From positions 1,588,382 to 1,652,381 of the forward strand of contig OZ250153.1 in the NCBI GenBank assembly GCA_965237805.1: a stretch of 64,000 bases of DNA, read 5' to 3'. The notes beneath the pieces were generated by a model, which was not told the DNA's origin, did no database searches, and was given only the letters and a program-made list of their open reading frames with translations. Below are positions 8,640 to 20,600 of the stretch, piece after piece; positions within the stretch are counted from its first letter, which is position 1, and every line of letters starts with the position of its first letter. A program made the translations under genes and the position numbers. This DNA comes from Gammaproteobacteria bacterium. Lineage in GTDB: Bacteria; Pseudomonadota; Gammaproteobacteria; JABABF01.

Positions 8640-11132
8640 ATGAGATTGAAGCAGTTTGCTAAGCCGAAGTGGGTGGGGGTCAGTTCGCATTCGCAACTGA
8701 GTGCGGCTTCCCCGCGACGCGCCCGCGTCGGTCTGAGTTTGTTGTGGCGCTGCTGTTCGTCACCAAAGCGAGTGTTTTTCAGCGGCCTGTTATTGCTGGC
8801 AGCGCTGTATTCCGCTGTGGTTGCGCCCATCGCCGATGCCGCGACGACCGCGTCCTATCAAGGCGTGGTGTTGCCCTATGCGGATACGCCGGACTTCGAG
8901 GGAGCGGACGGGCTCATTGGCCAGACTTCCAATGCCCAGTCCGTGACGCTGCCCAGCGGCACCGCTGCCAGCTACCAAGTGGCCGAGAACAGCAGCTTTT
9001 CGCTGACCATTGGCTTTCGCATGACAGCCATCTCCCCCGAACCCACGACGATGACTGGCGAGATCAGATCTCTGACTTTCGAGCTGGTCTATTCCTCCGA
9101 CAGCCGCTTCGTGTTTGAGGGCCATGAAATCCTTGACAGCGCTGCCGTCAATACTGGTGATAGCTGGGAGGACTACAGTGATCTCACTGTCTCTGAAGAG
9201 ACTGGTAACGGCGGTAGCACTAGCGGGATTACCATCTCGGCCGCGGTGACTGGCAGTGACGAGACCAGCATCCTCTGCGGTAAATTTTGCCTGTGGCCTG
9301 CTTTGGTGCGGCTCAACTTCTCCGTCGGTGCGCTCGACAGTGCGTCTGAGGAGCTGGATTTTGATTTACAGAGCCGCGTGCTATCTGTCGTCCACACCTA
9401 CGGCGACTCCCCCGAGATCAGCTATCTCAGCAGCACCGCTGCCTTGGTGGTCACGCGGCCGACCGTTCTGCGTCTGCGCGATCTGTCCGACCCCTTGCTG
9501 GTGTCTGCTGAGGAGTTTGTTCGCGTCGAGGCAGCACTGGACAGCGACGGGGATGCACTCTACGGCGCCCCCAGCATTGGCGACTTTACTGTCTCTTTGA
9601 CTGCGACATCGACCGTTTCACTTGCTCCCAGCACCGCCAGCGGCGACAGCTTCAGCTTGGAGGTGCTGACAGCGACTGACGGCGAGCAGGCTTTGTTGAC
9701 ATTCACCGACAACGATCGTGCTCTCAGCGCCACGGCGACGGTGACACTGGATGTGGTGGCGACGGCGCTGACGGTATCGGCGCCGTCGACGGTGACATCG
9801 GGCGTGATCTTTGCGCTGACGGTGACGGGGATGGACAGCAATAGCAATGAGGACACGGCCTACAGCCGGTCGGCGGCGACGACGGTGACGGCTTCGGCGG
9901 GGACGCTGGTGGTGGAGTCGAGCACGGCGAGCAGTATTGATCTGCGTTTGAGCGAGGTGACGGACGGCGATACGGTAACGCTGACGGTGACGGATGGCAG
10001 CGTGTCGGGCACGGCTGATGTGGCGGTGAATGTGGTGGCGACAGCGCTGACGGTGAGTGCTTCACCGGATCCGGTGGTGTCGGGTCAGTCCTTCACGCTG
10101 ACGGTGACGGGAGTCGATGCTGATGGCGCGACGGACACGGGCTACAGCCGGTCGGCGGCGACGACGGTGACGGCTTCGGTGGGGACGCTGGTGGAGGAGT
10201 CGAGTACAGCGACCAGTATTGATCTGCGTTTGAGCGAGGTGGCGGACGGCGCTGATGTGACGCTGACGGTGACGGATGGCAGCGTGTCGGGCACGGCAGC
10301 TGTGACGGTGAATGTGGTGGCGACAGCGCTGACGGTGAGTGCTTCACCGGATCCGGTGGTGTCGGGTCAGTCCTTCACGCTGACGGTGACGGGAGTCGAT
10401 GCCGATGGCGCGACGGACACGGGCTACAGCCGGTCGGCGGCGACGACGGTGACGGCTTCGGTGGGGACGCTGGTGGAGGAGTCGAGTACAGCGACCAGTA
10501 TTGATCTGCGTTTGAGCGAGGTGGCGGACGGCGCTGATGTGACGCTGACGGTGACGGATGGCAGCGTGTCGGGCACGGCAGCTGTGACGGTGAATGTGGT
10601 GGCGACAGCGCTGACGGTGAGTGCTTCACCGGATCCGGTGGTGTCGGGTCAGTCCTTCACGCTGACGGTGACGGGAGTCGATGCTGATGGCGCGACGGAC
10701 ACGGGCTACAGCCGGTCGGCGGCGACGACGGTGACGGCTTCGGTGGGGACGCTGGTGGAGGAGTCGAGTACAGCGACCAGTATTGATCTGCGTTTGAGCG
10801 AGGTGGCGGACGGCGCTGATGTGACGCTGACGGTGACGGATGGCAGCGTGTCGGGCACGGCAGCTGTGACGGTGAATGTGGTGGCGACAGCGCTGACGGT
10901 GAGTGCTTCACCGGATCCGGTGGTGTCGGGTCAGTCCTTCACGCTGACGGTGACGGGAGTCGATGCCGATGGCGCGACGGACACGGGCTACAGCCGGTCG
11001 GCGGCGACGACGGTGACGGCTTCGGTGGGGACGCTGGTGGAGGAGTCGAGCACGGCGACCAGTATTGATCTGCGTTTGAGCGAGGTGGCGGACGGCGCTG
11101 ATGTGACGCTGACGGATGGCAGTGAGCTGTGA
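8640..11132 (+). CDS. Giant repeat protein, N-terminal fragment: signal-like peptide, ~360-aa unique region, first ~5 Ig-like units
   Basis: RBS-like GGAGAA 7 nt upstream of ATG 8640. Hydrophobic segment FFSGLLLLAALYSAVVAPIADA followed by ATT. The unique region ends at ~9720 where the 282-bp units begin. Confidence 0.8.
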   Translation: MRLKQFAKPKWVGVSSHSQLSAASPRRARVGLSLLWRCCSSPKRVFFSGLLLLAALYSAVVAPIADAATTASYQGVVLPYADTPDFEGADGLIGQTSNAQSVTLPSGTAASYQVAENSSFSLTIGFRMTAISPEPTTMTGEIRSLTFELVYSSDSRFVFEGHEILDSAAVNTGDSWEDYSDLTVSEETGNGGSTSGITISAAVTGSDETSILCGKFCLWPALVRLNFSVGALDSASEELDFDLQSRVLSVVHTYGDSPEISYLSSTAALVVTRPTVLRLRDLSDPLLVSAEEFVRVEAALDSDGDALYGAPSIGDFTVSLTATSTVSLAPSTASGDSFSLEVLTATDGEQALLTFTDNDRALSATATVTLDVVATALTVSAPSTVTSGVIFALTVTGMDSNSNEDTAYSRSAATTVTASAGTLVVESSTASSIDLRLSEVTDGDTVTLTVTDGSVSGTADVAVNVVATALTVSASPDPVVSGQSFTLTVTGVDADGATDTGYSRSAATTVTASVGTLVEESSTATSIDLRLSEVADGADVTLTVTDGSVSGTAAVTVNVVATALTVSASPDPVVSGQSFTLTVTGVDADGATDTGYSRSAATTVTASVGTLVEESSTATSIDLRLSEVADGADVTLTVTDGSVSGTAAVTVNVVATALTVSASPDPVVSGQSFTLTVTGVDADGATDTGYSRSAATTVTASVGTLVEESSTATSIDLRLSEVADGADVTLTVTDGSVSGTAAVTVNVVATALTVSASPDPVVSGQSFTLTVTGVDADGATDTGYSRSAATTVTASVGTLVEESSTATSIDLRLSEVADGADVTLTDGSEL

Positions 11133-11623
11133 CGGTGAATGTGGTGGCGACAGCGCTGACGGTGAGTGCTTCACCGGATCCGGTGGTGTCGGGTCACGGA
11201 CGGTGACGGGAGTCGATGCCGATGGCGCGACGGACACGGGCTACAGCCGGTCGGCGTGGCTTCGGTGGGGACGCTGGTGGAGGAGTCGAGCACGGCGACC
11301 AGTATTGATCTGCGTTTGAGCGAGGTGGCGGACGGCGCTGATGTGACGCTGACGGTGACAGATGGCAGCGTGTCGGGCACGGCAGCTGTGACGGTGAATG
11401 TGGTGGCGACAGCGCTGACGGTGAGTGCTTCACCGGATCCGGTGGTGTCGGGTCAGTCCTTCACGCTGACGGTGACGGGAGTCGATGCCGATGGCGCGAC
11501 GGACACGGGCTACAGCCGGTCGGCGGCGACGACGGTGACGGCTTCGGTGGGGACGCTGGTGGAGGAGTCGAGTACAGCGACCAGTATTGATCTGCGTTTG
11601 AGCGAGGTGGCGGACGCGCTGAT

Positions 11624-14600
11624 GTGACGCTGACGGTGACGGATGGCAGCGTGTCGGGCACGGCAGCTGTGACGGTGAATGTGGTGGCGACAGCGCTGAC
11701 GGTGAGTGCTTCACCGGATCCGGTGGTGTCGGGTCAGTCCTTCACGCTGACGGTGACGGGAGTCGATGCTGATGGCGCGACGGACACGGGCTACAGCCGG
11801 TCGGCGGCGACGACGGTGACGGCTTCGGTGGGGACGCTGGTGGAGGAGTCGAGCACGGCGACCAGTATTGATCTGCGTTTGAGCGAGGTGGCGGACGGCG
11901 CTGATGTGACGCTGACGGTGACGGATGGCAGCGTGTCGGGCACGGCAGCTGTGACGGTGAATGTGGTGGCGACAGCGCTGACGGTGAGTGCTTCACCGGA
12001 TCCGGTGGTGTCGGGTCAGTCCTTCACGCTGACGGTGACGGGAGTCGATGCCGATGGCGCGACGGACACGGGCTACAGCCGGTCGGCGGCGACGACGGTG
12101 ACGGCTTCGGTGGGGACGCTGGTGGAGGAGTCGAGTACAGCGACCAGTATTGATCTGCGTTTGAGCGAGGTGGCGGACGGCGCTGATGTGACGCTGACGG
12201 TGACGGATGGCAGCGTGTCGGGCACGGCAGCTGTGACGGTGAATGTGGTGGCGACAGCGCTGACGGTGAGTGCTTCACCGGATCCGGTGGTGTCGGGTCA
12301 GTCCTTCACGCTGACGGTGACGGGAGTCGATGCTGATGGCGCGACGGACACGGGCTACAGCCGGTCGGCGGCGACGACGGTGACGGCTTCGGTGGGGACG
12401 CTGGTGGAGGAGTCGAGCACGGCGACCAGTATTGATCTGCGTTTGAGCGAGGTGGCGGACGGCGCTGATGTGACGCTGACGGTGACGGATGGCAGCGTGT
12501 CGGGCACGGCAGCTGTGACGGTGAATGTGGTGGCGACAGCGCTGACGGTGAGTGCTTCACCGGATCCGGTGGTGTCGGGTCAGTCCTTCACGCTGACGGT
12601 GACGGGAGTCGATGCCGATGGCGCGACGGACACGGGCTACAGCCGGTCGGCGGCGACGACGGTGACGGCTTCGGCGGGGACGCTGGTGGAGGAGTCGAGC
12701 ACGGCGACCAGTATTGATCTGCGTTTGAGCGAGGTGGCGGACGGCGCTGATGTGACGCTGACGGTGACGGATGGCAGCGTGTCGGGCACGGCAGCTGTGA
12801 CGGTGAATGTGGTGGCGACAGCGCTGACGGTGAGTGCTTCACCGGATCCGGTGGTGTCGGGTCAGTCCTTCACGCTGACGGTGACGGGAGTCGATGCCGA
12901 TGGCGCGACGGACACGGGCTACAGCCGGTCGGCGGCGACGACGGTGACGGCTTCGGTGGGGACGCTGGTGGAGGAGTCGAGCACGGCGACCAGTATTGAT
13001 CTGCGTTTGAGCGAGGTGGCGGACGGCGCTGATGTGACGCTGACGGTGACAGATGGCAGCGTGTCGGGCACGGCAGCTGTGACGGTGAATGTGGTGGCGA
13101 CGGCGCTGTCGCTGAGCGCCTCAGTGGAGCCGGTGTTATCTGATCGCAGCTTCCTGCTGACGGTTGCTGGGGTGGATGCGGATGGCGCGACGGACACGGG
13201 CTACAGCCTGTCGGCGATGGCCACGGTGACGGCGTCGGCGGGGACGCTGGTAGAGGATTCGCGCGCGGGGCAGGTCATTGGCCTGAGTTTGAGTGGCTTG
13301 GCCGCTGGCTCGACGGCACTGCTGACGGTGATCGACGATGGCTTGGAGGGTCAGCTCGAGCTGACAGTGGCGGCGGTGGCGGTGGTCTCCTTGGATGTGG
13401 CTGCACCTGAGACGGTGGTGTCTGGGGCGGCGTTCACGGTGACAGTGACGGCCCGCGATGCCAATGCTGTGGTGATTTCGGATGCGGATCTGTCGGCGGC
13501 GACGGCGGCCGTGTCGGTCGGGACGCTGTCGGCGTTCTCGCTGAGCGGGAACAACACACTGAGTATGGAGTTGCGAGCTGTGCCGGATGACACGACATCG
13601 ACGCTGACGGTGAGCTTGGGCTCAGTCAGCAGTACGGACACGGTGACGGTGGATGTGGTGGCGACGGTGCTGACGGTCTCGGCACCGGAGACGGTGGTCT
13701 CTAGTCAGACCTTCACGCTGACGGTGACGGGAGTCGATGCCGATAGCGCGACGGACACGGGCTACAGCCGGTCGGTGACGGCAATGGTGACGGCTTCGGC
13801 GGGGACGCTGGTGGAGGAGTCGAGTACAGCGACCAGTATTGATCTGCGTTTGAGCGAGGTGGCGGACGGCGCTGATGTGACGCTGACGGTGACAGATGGC
13901 AGCGTGTCTGGCACGGCAGCTGTGACGGTGAATGTGGTGGCGACAGCGCTGACGGTGAGTGCTTCACCGGATCCGGTGGTGTCGGGTCAGTCCTTCACGC
14001 TGACGGTGACGGGAGTCGATGCCGATGGCGCGACGGACACGGGCTACAGCCGGTCGGCGGCGACGACGGTGACGGCTTCGGCGGGGACGCTGGTGGAGGA
14101 GTCGAGCACGGCGACCAGTATTGATCTGCGTTTGAGCGAGGTGGCGGACGGCGCTGATGTGACGCTGACGGTGACAGATGGCAGCGTGTCGGGCACGGCA
14201 GCTGTGACGGTGAATGTGGTGGCGACAGCGCTGACGGTGAGTGCTTCACCGGATCCGGTGGTGTCGGGTCAGTCCTTCACGCTGACGGTGACGGGAGTCG
14301 ATGCCGATGGCGCGACGGACACGGGCTACAGCCGGTCGGCGGCGACGACGGTGACGGCTTCGGTGGGGACGCTGGTGGAGGAGTCGAGTACAGCGACCAG
14401 TATTGATCTGCGTTTGAGCGAGGTGGCGGACGGCGCTGATGTGACGCTGACGGTGACGGATGGCAGCGTGTCGGGCACGGCAGCTGTGACGGTGAATGTG
14501 GTGGCGACGGCGCTGGCGCTGAGCGCCTCAGTGGAGCCGGTGTTATCTGATCGCAGCTTCCTGCTGACGGTTGCTGGGGTCGATGCGGATGGCGCGACTG

Positions 14601-17600
14601 ATACGGCCTACAGCCTGTCGGCGACGGCAATGGTGACGGCGTCGGCGGGGACGCTGGTAGAGGATTCGCGCGCGGGGCAGGTCATTGGCCTGAGTTTGAG
14701 TGGCTTGGCCGCTGGCTCGACGGTACTGCTGACGGTGATCGACGATGGCTTGGAGGGTGAGCTCGAGCTGACAGTGGCGGCGGTGGCGGTGGTCTCCTTG
14801 GATGTGGCTGCACCTGAGACGGTGGTGTCTGGGGCGGCGTTCACGGTGACAGTGACGGCCCGCGATGCCAATGCTGTGGTGATTTCGGATGCGGATCTGT
14901 CGGCGGCGACGGCGGCTGTGTCGGTCGGGACGCTGTCGGCGTTCTCGCTGAGCGGGAACAACACACTGAGTATGGAGTTGCGAGCTGTGCCGGACGACAC
15001 GACATCGACGCTGACGGTGAGCTTGGGCTCAGTCAGCAGTACGGACACGGTGACGGTGGATGTGGTGGCGACGGTGCTGACGGTCTCGGCACCGGAGACG
15101 GTGGTCTCTAGTCAGACCTTCACGCTGACGGTGACGGGAGTCGATGCCGATAGCGCGACGGACACGGGCTACAGCCGGTCGGTGACGGCAATGGTGACGG
15201 CTTCGGCGGGGACGCTGGTGGAGGAGTCGAGTACAGCGACCAGTATTGATCTGCGTTTGAGCGAGGTGGCGGACGGCGCTGATGTGACGCTGACGGTGAC
15301 AGATGGCAGCGTGTCTGGCACGGCAGCTGTGACGGTGAATGTGGTGGCGACAGCGCTGACGGTGAGTGCTTCACCGGATCCGGTGGTGTCGGGTCAGTCC
15401 TTCACGCTGACGGTGACGGGAGTCGATGCCGATGGCGCGACGGACACGGGCTACAGCCGGTCGGCGGCGACGACGGTGACGGCTTCGGCGGGGACGCTGG
15501 TGGAGGAGTCGAGCACGGCGACCAGTATTGATCTGCGTTTGAGCGAGGTGGCGGACGGCGCTGATGTGACGCTGACGGTGACAGATGGCAGCGTGTCGGG
15601 CACGGCAGCTGTGACGGTGAATGTGGTGGCGACAGCGCTGACGGTGAGTGCTTCACCGGATCCGGTGGTGTCGGGTCAGTCCTTCACGCTGACGGTGACG
15701 GGAGTCGATGCCGATGGCGCGACGGACACGGGCTACAGCCGGTCGGCGGCGACGACGGTGACGGCTTCGGTGGGGACGCTGGTGGAGGAGTCGAGTACAG
15801 CGACCAGTATTGATCTGCGTTTGAGCGAGGTGGCGGACGGCGCTGATGTGACGCTGACGGTGACGGATGGCAGCGTGTCGGGCACGGCAGCTGTGACGGT
15901 GAATGTGGTGGCGACGGCGCTGTCGCTGAGCGCCTCAGTGGAGCCGGTGTTATCTGATCGCAGCTTCCTGCTGACGGTTGCTGGGGTGGATGCGGATGGC
16001 GCGACGGACACGGGCTACAGCCTGTCGGCGATGGCCACGGTGACGGCGTCGGCGGGGACGCTGGTAGAGGATTCGCGCGCGGGGCAGGTCATTGGCCTGA
16101 GTTTGAGTGGCTTGGCCGCTGGCTCGACGGCACTGCTGACGGTGATCGACGATGGCTTGGAGGGTCAGCTCGAGCTGACAGTGGCGGCGGTGGCGGTGGT
16201 CTCCTTGGATGTGGCTGCACCTGAGACGGTGGTGTCTGGGGCGGCGTTCACGGTGACAGTGACGGCCCGTGATGCCAATGCTGTGGTGATTTCGGATGCG
16301 GATCTGTCGGCGGCGACGGCGGCTGTGTCGGTCGGGACGCTGTCGGCGTTCTCGCTGAGCGGGAACAACACACTGAGTATGGAGTTGCGAGCTGTGCCGG
16401 ATGACACGACATCGACGCTGACGGTGAGCTTGGGCTCAGTCAGCAGTACGGACACGGTGACGGTGGATGTGGTGGCGACGGTGCTGACGGTCTCGGCACC
16501 GGAGACGGTGGTCTCTAGTCAGACCTTCACGCTGACGGTGACGGGAGTCGATGCCGATAGCGCGACGGACACGGGCTACAGCCGGTCGGTGACGGCAATG
16601 GTGACGGCTTCGGCGGGGACGCTGGTGGAGGAGTCGAGTACAGCGACCAGTATTGATCTGCGTTTGAGCGAGGTGGCGGACGGCGCTGATGTGACGCTGA
16701 CGGTGACAGATGGCAGCGTGTCTGGCACGGCAGCTGTGACGGTGAATGTGGTGGCGACAGCGCTGACGGTGAGTGCTTCACCGGATCCGGTGGTGTCGGG
16801 TCAGTCCTTCACGCTGACGGTGACGGGAGTCGATGCTGATGGCGCGACGGACACGGGCTACAGCCGGTCGGCGGCGACGACGGTGACGGCTTCGGTGGGG
16901 ACGCTGGTGGAGGAGTCGAGCACGGCGACCAGTATTGATCTGCGTTTGAGCGAGGTGGCGGACGGCGCTGATGTGACGCTGACGGTGACGGATGGCAGCG
17001 TGTCTGGCACGGCAGCTGTGACGGTGAATGTGGTGGCGACAGCGCTGACGGTGAGTGCTTCACCGGATCCGGTGGTGTCGGGTCAGTCCTTCACGCTGAC
17101 GGTGACGGGAGTCGATGCCGATGGCGCGACGGACACGGGCTACAGCCGGTCGGCGGCGACGACGGTGACGGCTTCGGTGGGGACGCTGGTGGAGGAGTCG
17201 AGTACAGCGACCAGTATTGATCTGCGTTTGAGCGAGGTGGCGGACGGCGCTGATGTGACGCTGACGGTGACGGATGGCAGCGTGTCGGGCACGGCAGCTG
17301 TGACGGTGAATGTGGTGGCGACAGCGCTGACGGTGAGTGCTTCACCGGATCCGGTGGTGTCGGGTCAGTCCTTCACGCTGACGGTGACGGGAGTCGATGC
17401 TGATGGCGCGACGGACACGGGCTACAGCCGGTCGGCGGCGACGACGGTGACGGCTTCGGTGGGGACGCTGGTGGAGGAGTCGAGCACGGCGACCAGTATT
17501 GATCTGCGTTTGAGCGAGGTGGCGGACGGCGCTGATGTGACGCTGACGGTGACGGATGGCAGCGTGTCGGGCACGGCAGCTGTGACGGTGAATGTGGTGG

Positions 17601-20600
17601 CGACGGTGCTGACGGTCTCGGCACCGGAGACGGTGGTCTCTAGTCAGACCTTCACGCTGACGGTGACGGGAGTCGATGCCGATGGCGCGACGGACACGGG
17701 CTACAGCCGGTCGGCGGCGACGACGGTGACGGCTTCGGTGGGGACGCTGGTGGAGGAGTCGAGCACGGCGACCAGTATTGATCTGCGTTTGAGCGAGGTG
17801 GCGGACGGCGCTGATGTGACGCTGACGGTGACGGATGGCAGCGTGTCGGGCACGGCAGCTGTGACGGTGAATGTGGTGGCGACAGCGCTGACGGTGAGTG
17901 CTTCACCGGATCCGGTGGTGTCGGGTCAGTCCTTCACGCTGACGGTGACGGGAGTCGATGCCGATGGCGCGACGGACACGGGCTACAGCCGGTCGGCGGC
18001 GACGACGGTGACGGCTTCGGTGGGGACGCTGGTGGAGGAGTCGAGCACGGCGACCAGTATTGATCTGCGTTTGAGCGAGGTGGCGGACGGCGCTGATGTG
18101 ACGCTGACGGTGACAGATGGCAGCGTGTCGGGCACGGCAGCTGTGACGGTGAATGTGGTGGCGACAGCGCTGACGGTGAGTGCTTCACCGGATCCGGTGG
18201 TGTTGGGTCAGTCCTTCACGCTGACGGTGACGGGAGTCGATGCCGATGGCGCGACGGACACGGGCTACAGCCGGTCGGCGGCGACGACGGTGACGGCTTC
18301 GGTGGGGACGCTGGTGGAGGAGTCGAGTACAGCGACCAGTATTGATCTGCGTTTGAGCGAGGTGGCGGACGGCGCTGATGTGACGCTGACGGTGACGGAT
18401 GGCAGCGTGTCGGGCACGGCAGCTGTGACGGTGAATGTGGTGGCGACGGCGCTGGCGCTGAGCGCCTCAGTGGAGCCGGTGTTATCTGATCGCAGCTTCC
18501 TGCTGACGGTTGCTGGGGTGGATGCGGATGGCGCGACTGATACGGCCTACAGCCTGTCGGCGACGGCAATGGTGACGGCGTCGGCGGGGACGCTGGTAGA
18601 GGATTCGCGCGCGGGGCAGGTCATTGGCCTGAGTTTGAGTGGCTTGGCCGCTGGCTCGACGGCGCTGCTGACGGTGATCGACGATGGCTTGGAGGGTCAG
18701 CTCGAGCTGACAGTGGCGGCGGTGGCGGTGGTCTCCTTGGATGTGGCTGCACCTGAGACGGTGGTGTCTGGGGTGGCGTTCACGGTGACAGTGACGGCCC
18801 GCGATGCCAATGCTGTGGTGATTTCGGATGCGGATCTGTCGGCGGCGACGGCGACTGTGTCGGTCGGGACGCTGTCGGAGTTCTCGCTGAGCGGGAACAA
18901 CACACTGAGTATGGAGTTGCGAGCTGTGCCGGACGACACGACAGCGATGCTGACGGTGAGTTTGGGCTCAGTCAGCAGTGCGGACACGGTGACGGTGAAT
19001 GTGGTGGCGACGGTGCTGACGGTCTCGGCACCGGAGACGGTGGTCTCTAGTCAGACCTTCACGCTGACGGTGACGGGAGTCGATGCCGATAGCGCGACGG
19101 ACACGGGCTACAGCCGGTCGGTGACGGCAATGGTGACGGCTTCGGCGGGGACGCTGGTGGAGGAGTCGAGTACAGCGACCAGTATTGATCTGCGTTTGAG
19201 CGAGGTGGCGGACGGCGCTGATGTGACGCTGACGGTGACGGATGGCAGCGTGTCTGGCACGGCAGCTGTGACGGTGAATGTGGTGGCGACAGCGCTGACG
19301 GTGAGTGCTTCACCGGATCCGGTGGTGTCGGGTCAGTCCTTCACGCTGACGGTGACGGGAGTCGATGCCGATGGCGCGACGGACACGGGCTACAGCCGGT
19401 CGGCGGCGACGACGGTGACGGCTTCGGCGGGGACGCTGGTGGAGGAGTCGAGCACGGCGACCAGTATTGATCTGCGTTTGAGCGAGGTGGCGGACGGCGC
19501 TGATGTGACGCTGACGGTGACGGATGGCAGCGTGTCTGGCACGGCAGCTGTGACGGTGAATGTGGTGGCGACAGCGCTGACGGTGAGTGCTTCACCGGAT
19601 CCGGTGGTGTCGGGTCAGTCCTTCACGGTGACGGTGATGGGAGTCGATGCAGATGGGGCGGAGGACACGGACTACAGCCTGTCGGCGGGGGCAACGGTGG
19701 TGGCTTCGGCGGGGACGCTGGAGGAGGATTCGCGGACGACGGATGTCTTTACTCTGCGTTTGAACGAGGTGGCGGACGGCACGATGGTGACGCTGACGGT
19801 GACGGATGGCAGCGTGTCGGGCACGGCTGATGTGGCGGTGAATGTGGTGGCGACGGCGCTGGCGCTGAGCGCCTCAGTGGAGCCGGTGTTATCTGATCGC
19901 AGCTTCCTGCTGACGGTTGCTGGGGTGGATGCGGATGGCGCGACTGATACGGACTACAGCCTGTCGGCGACGGCCACGGTGACGGCGTCGGCGGGGACGC
20001 TGGTAGAGGATTCGCGCGCGGGGCAGGTCATTGGCCTGAGTTTGAGTGGCTTGGCCGCTGGCTCGACGGCACTGCTGACGGTGATCGACGATGGCTTGGA
20101 GGGTCAGCTCGAGCTGACAGTGGCGGCGGTGGCGGTGGTCTCCTTGGATGTGGCTGCACCTGAGACGGTGGTGTCTGGGGCGGCGTTCACGGTGACAGTG
20201 ACGGCCCGTGATGCCAATGCTGTGGTGATTTCGGATGCGGATCTGTCGGCGGCGACGGCGGCTGTGTCGGTCGGGACGCTGTCGGCGTTCTCGCTGAGCG
20301 GGAACAACACACTGAGTATGGAGTTGCGAGCTGTGCCGGACGACACGACATCGACGCTGACGGTGAGCTTGGGCTCAGTCAGCAGTACGGACACGGTGAC
20401 GGTGGATGTGGTGGCGACAGCGCTGTCGGTAGCGGCACCGGCGACGGTGGTGTCGGGTCAGCTCTTCACGCTGACGGTGACGGGAGTCGATGAGGATGAC
20501 GCGACGGACACGGGCCACAGCCTGTCGACGGCGACGGTGTCGGCTGCGCCGGGGGAGATCGCGGATCTGAGTCAGACGGGCAACGAGTTGAGTGTGAGTG

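Noticed and set aside
11100-11630. Programmed ribosomal frameshifting to bridge the breaks in the giant gene
   Set aside because: The breaks coincide with 6-13-nt deletions relative to neighbouring identical units, not with slippery heptamers or pseudoknots. Several successive shifts would be required.
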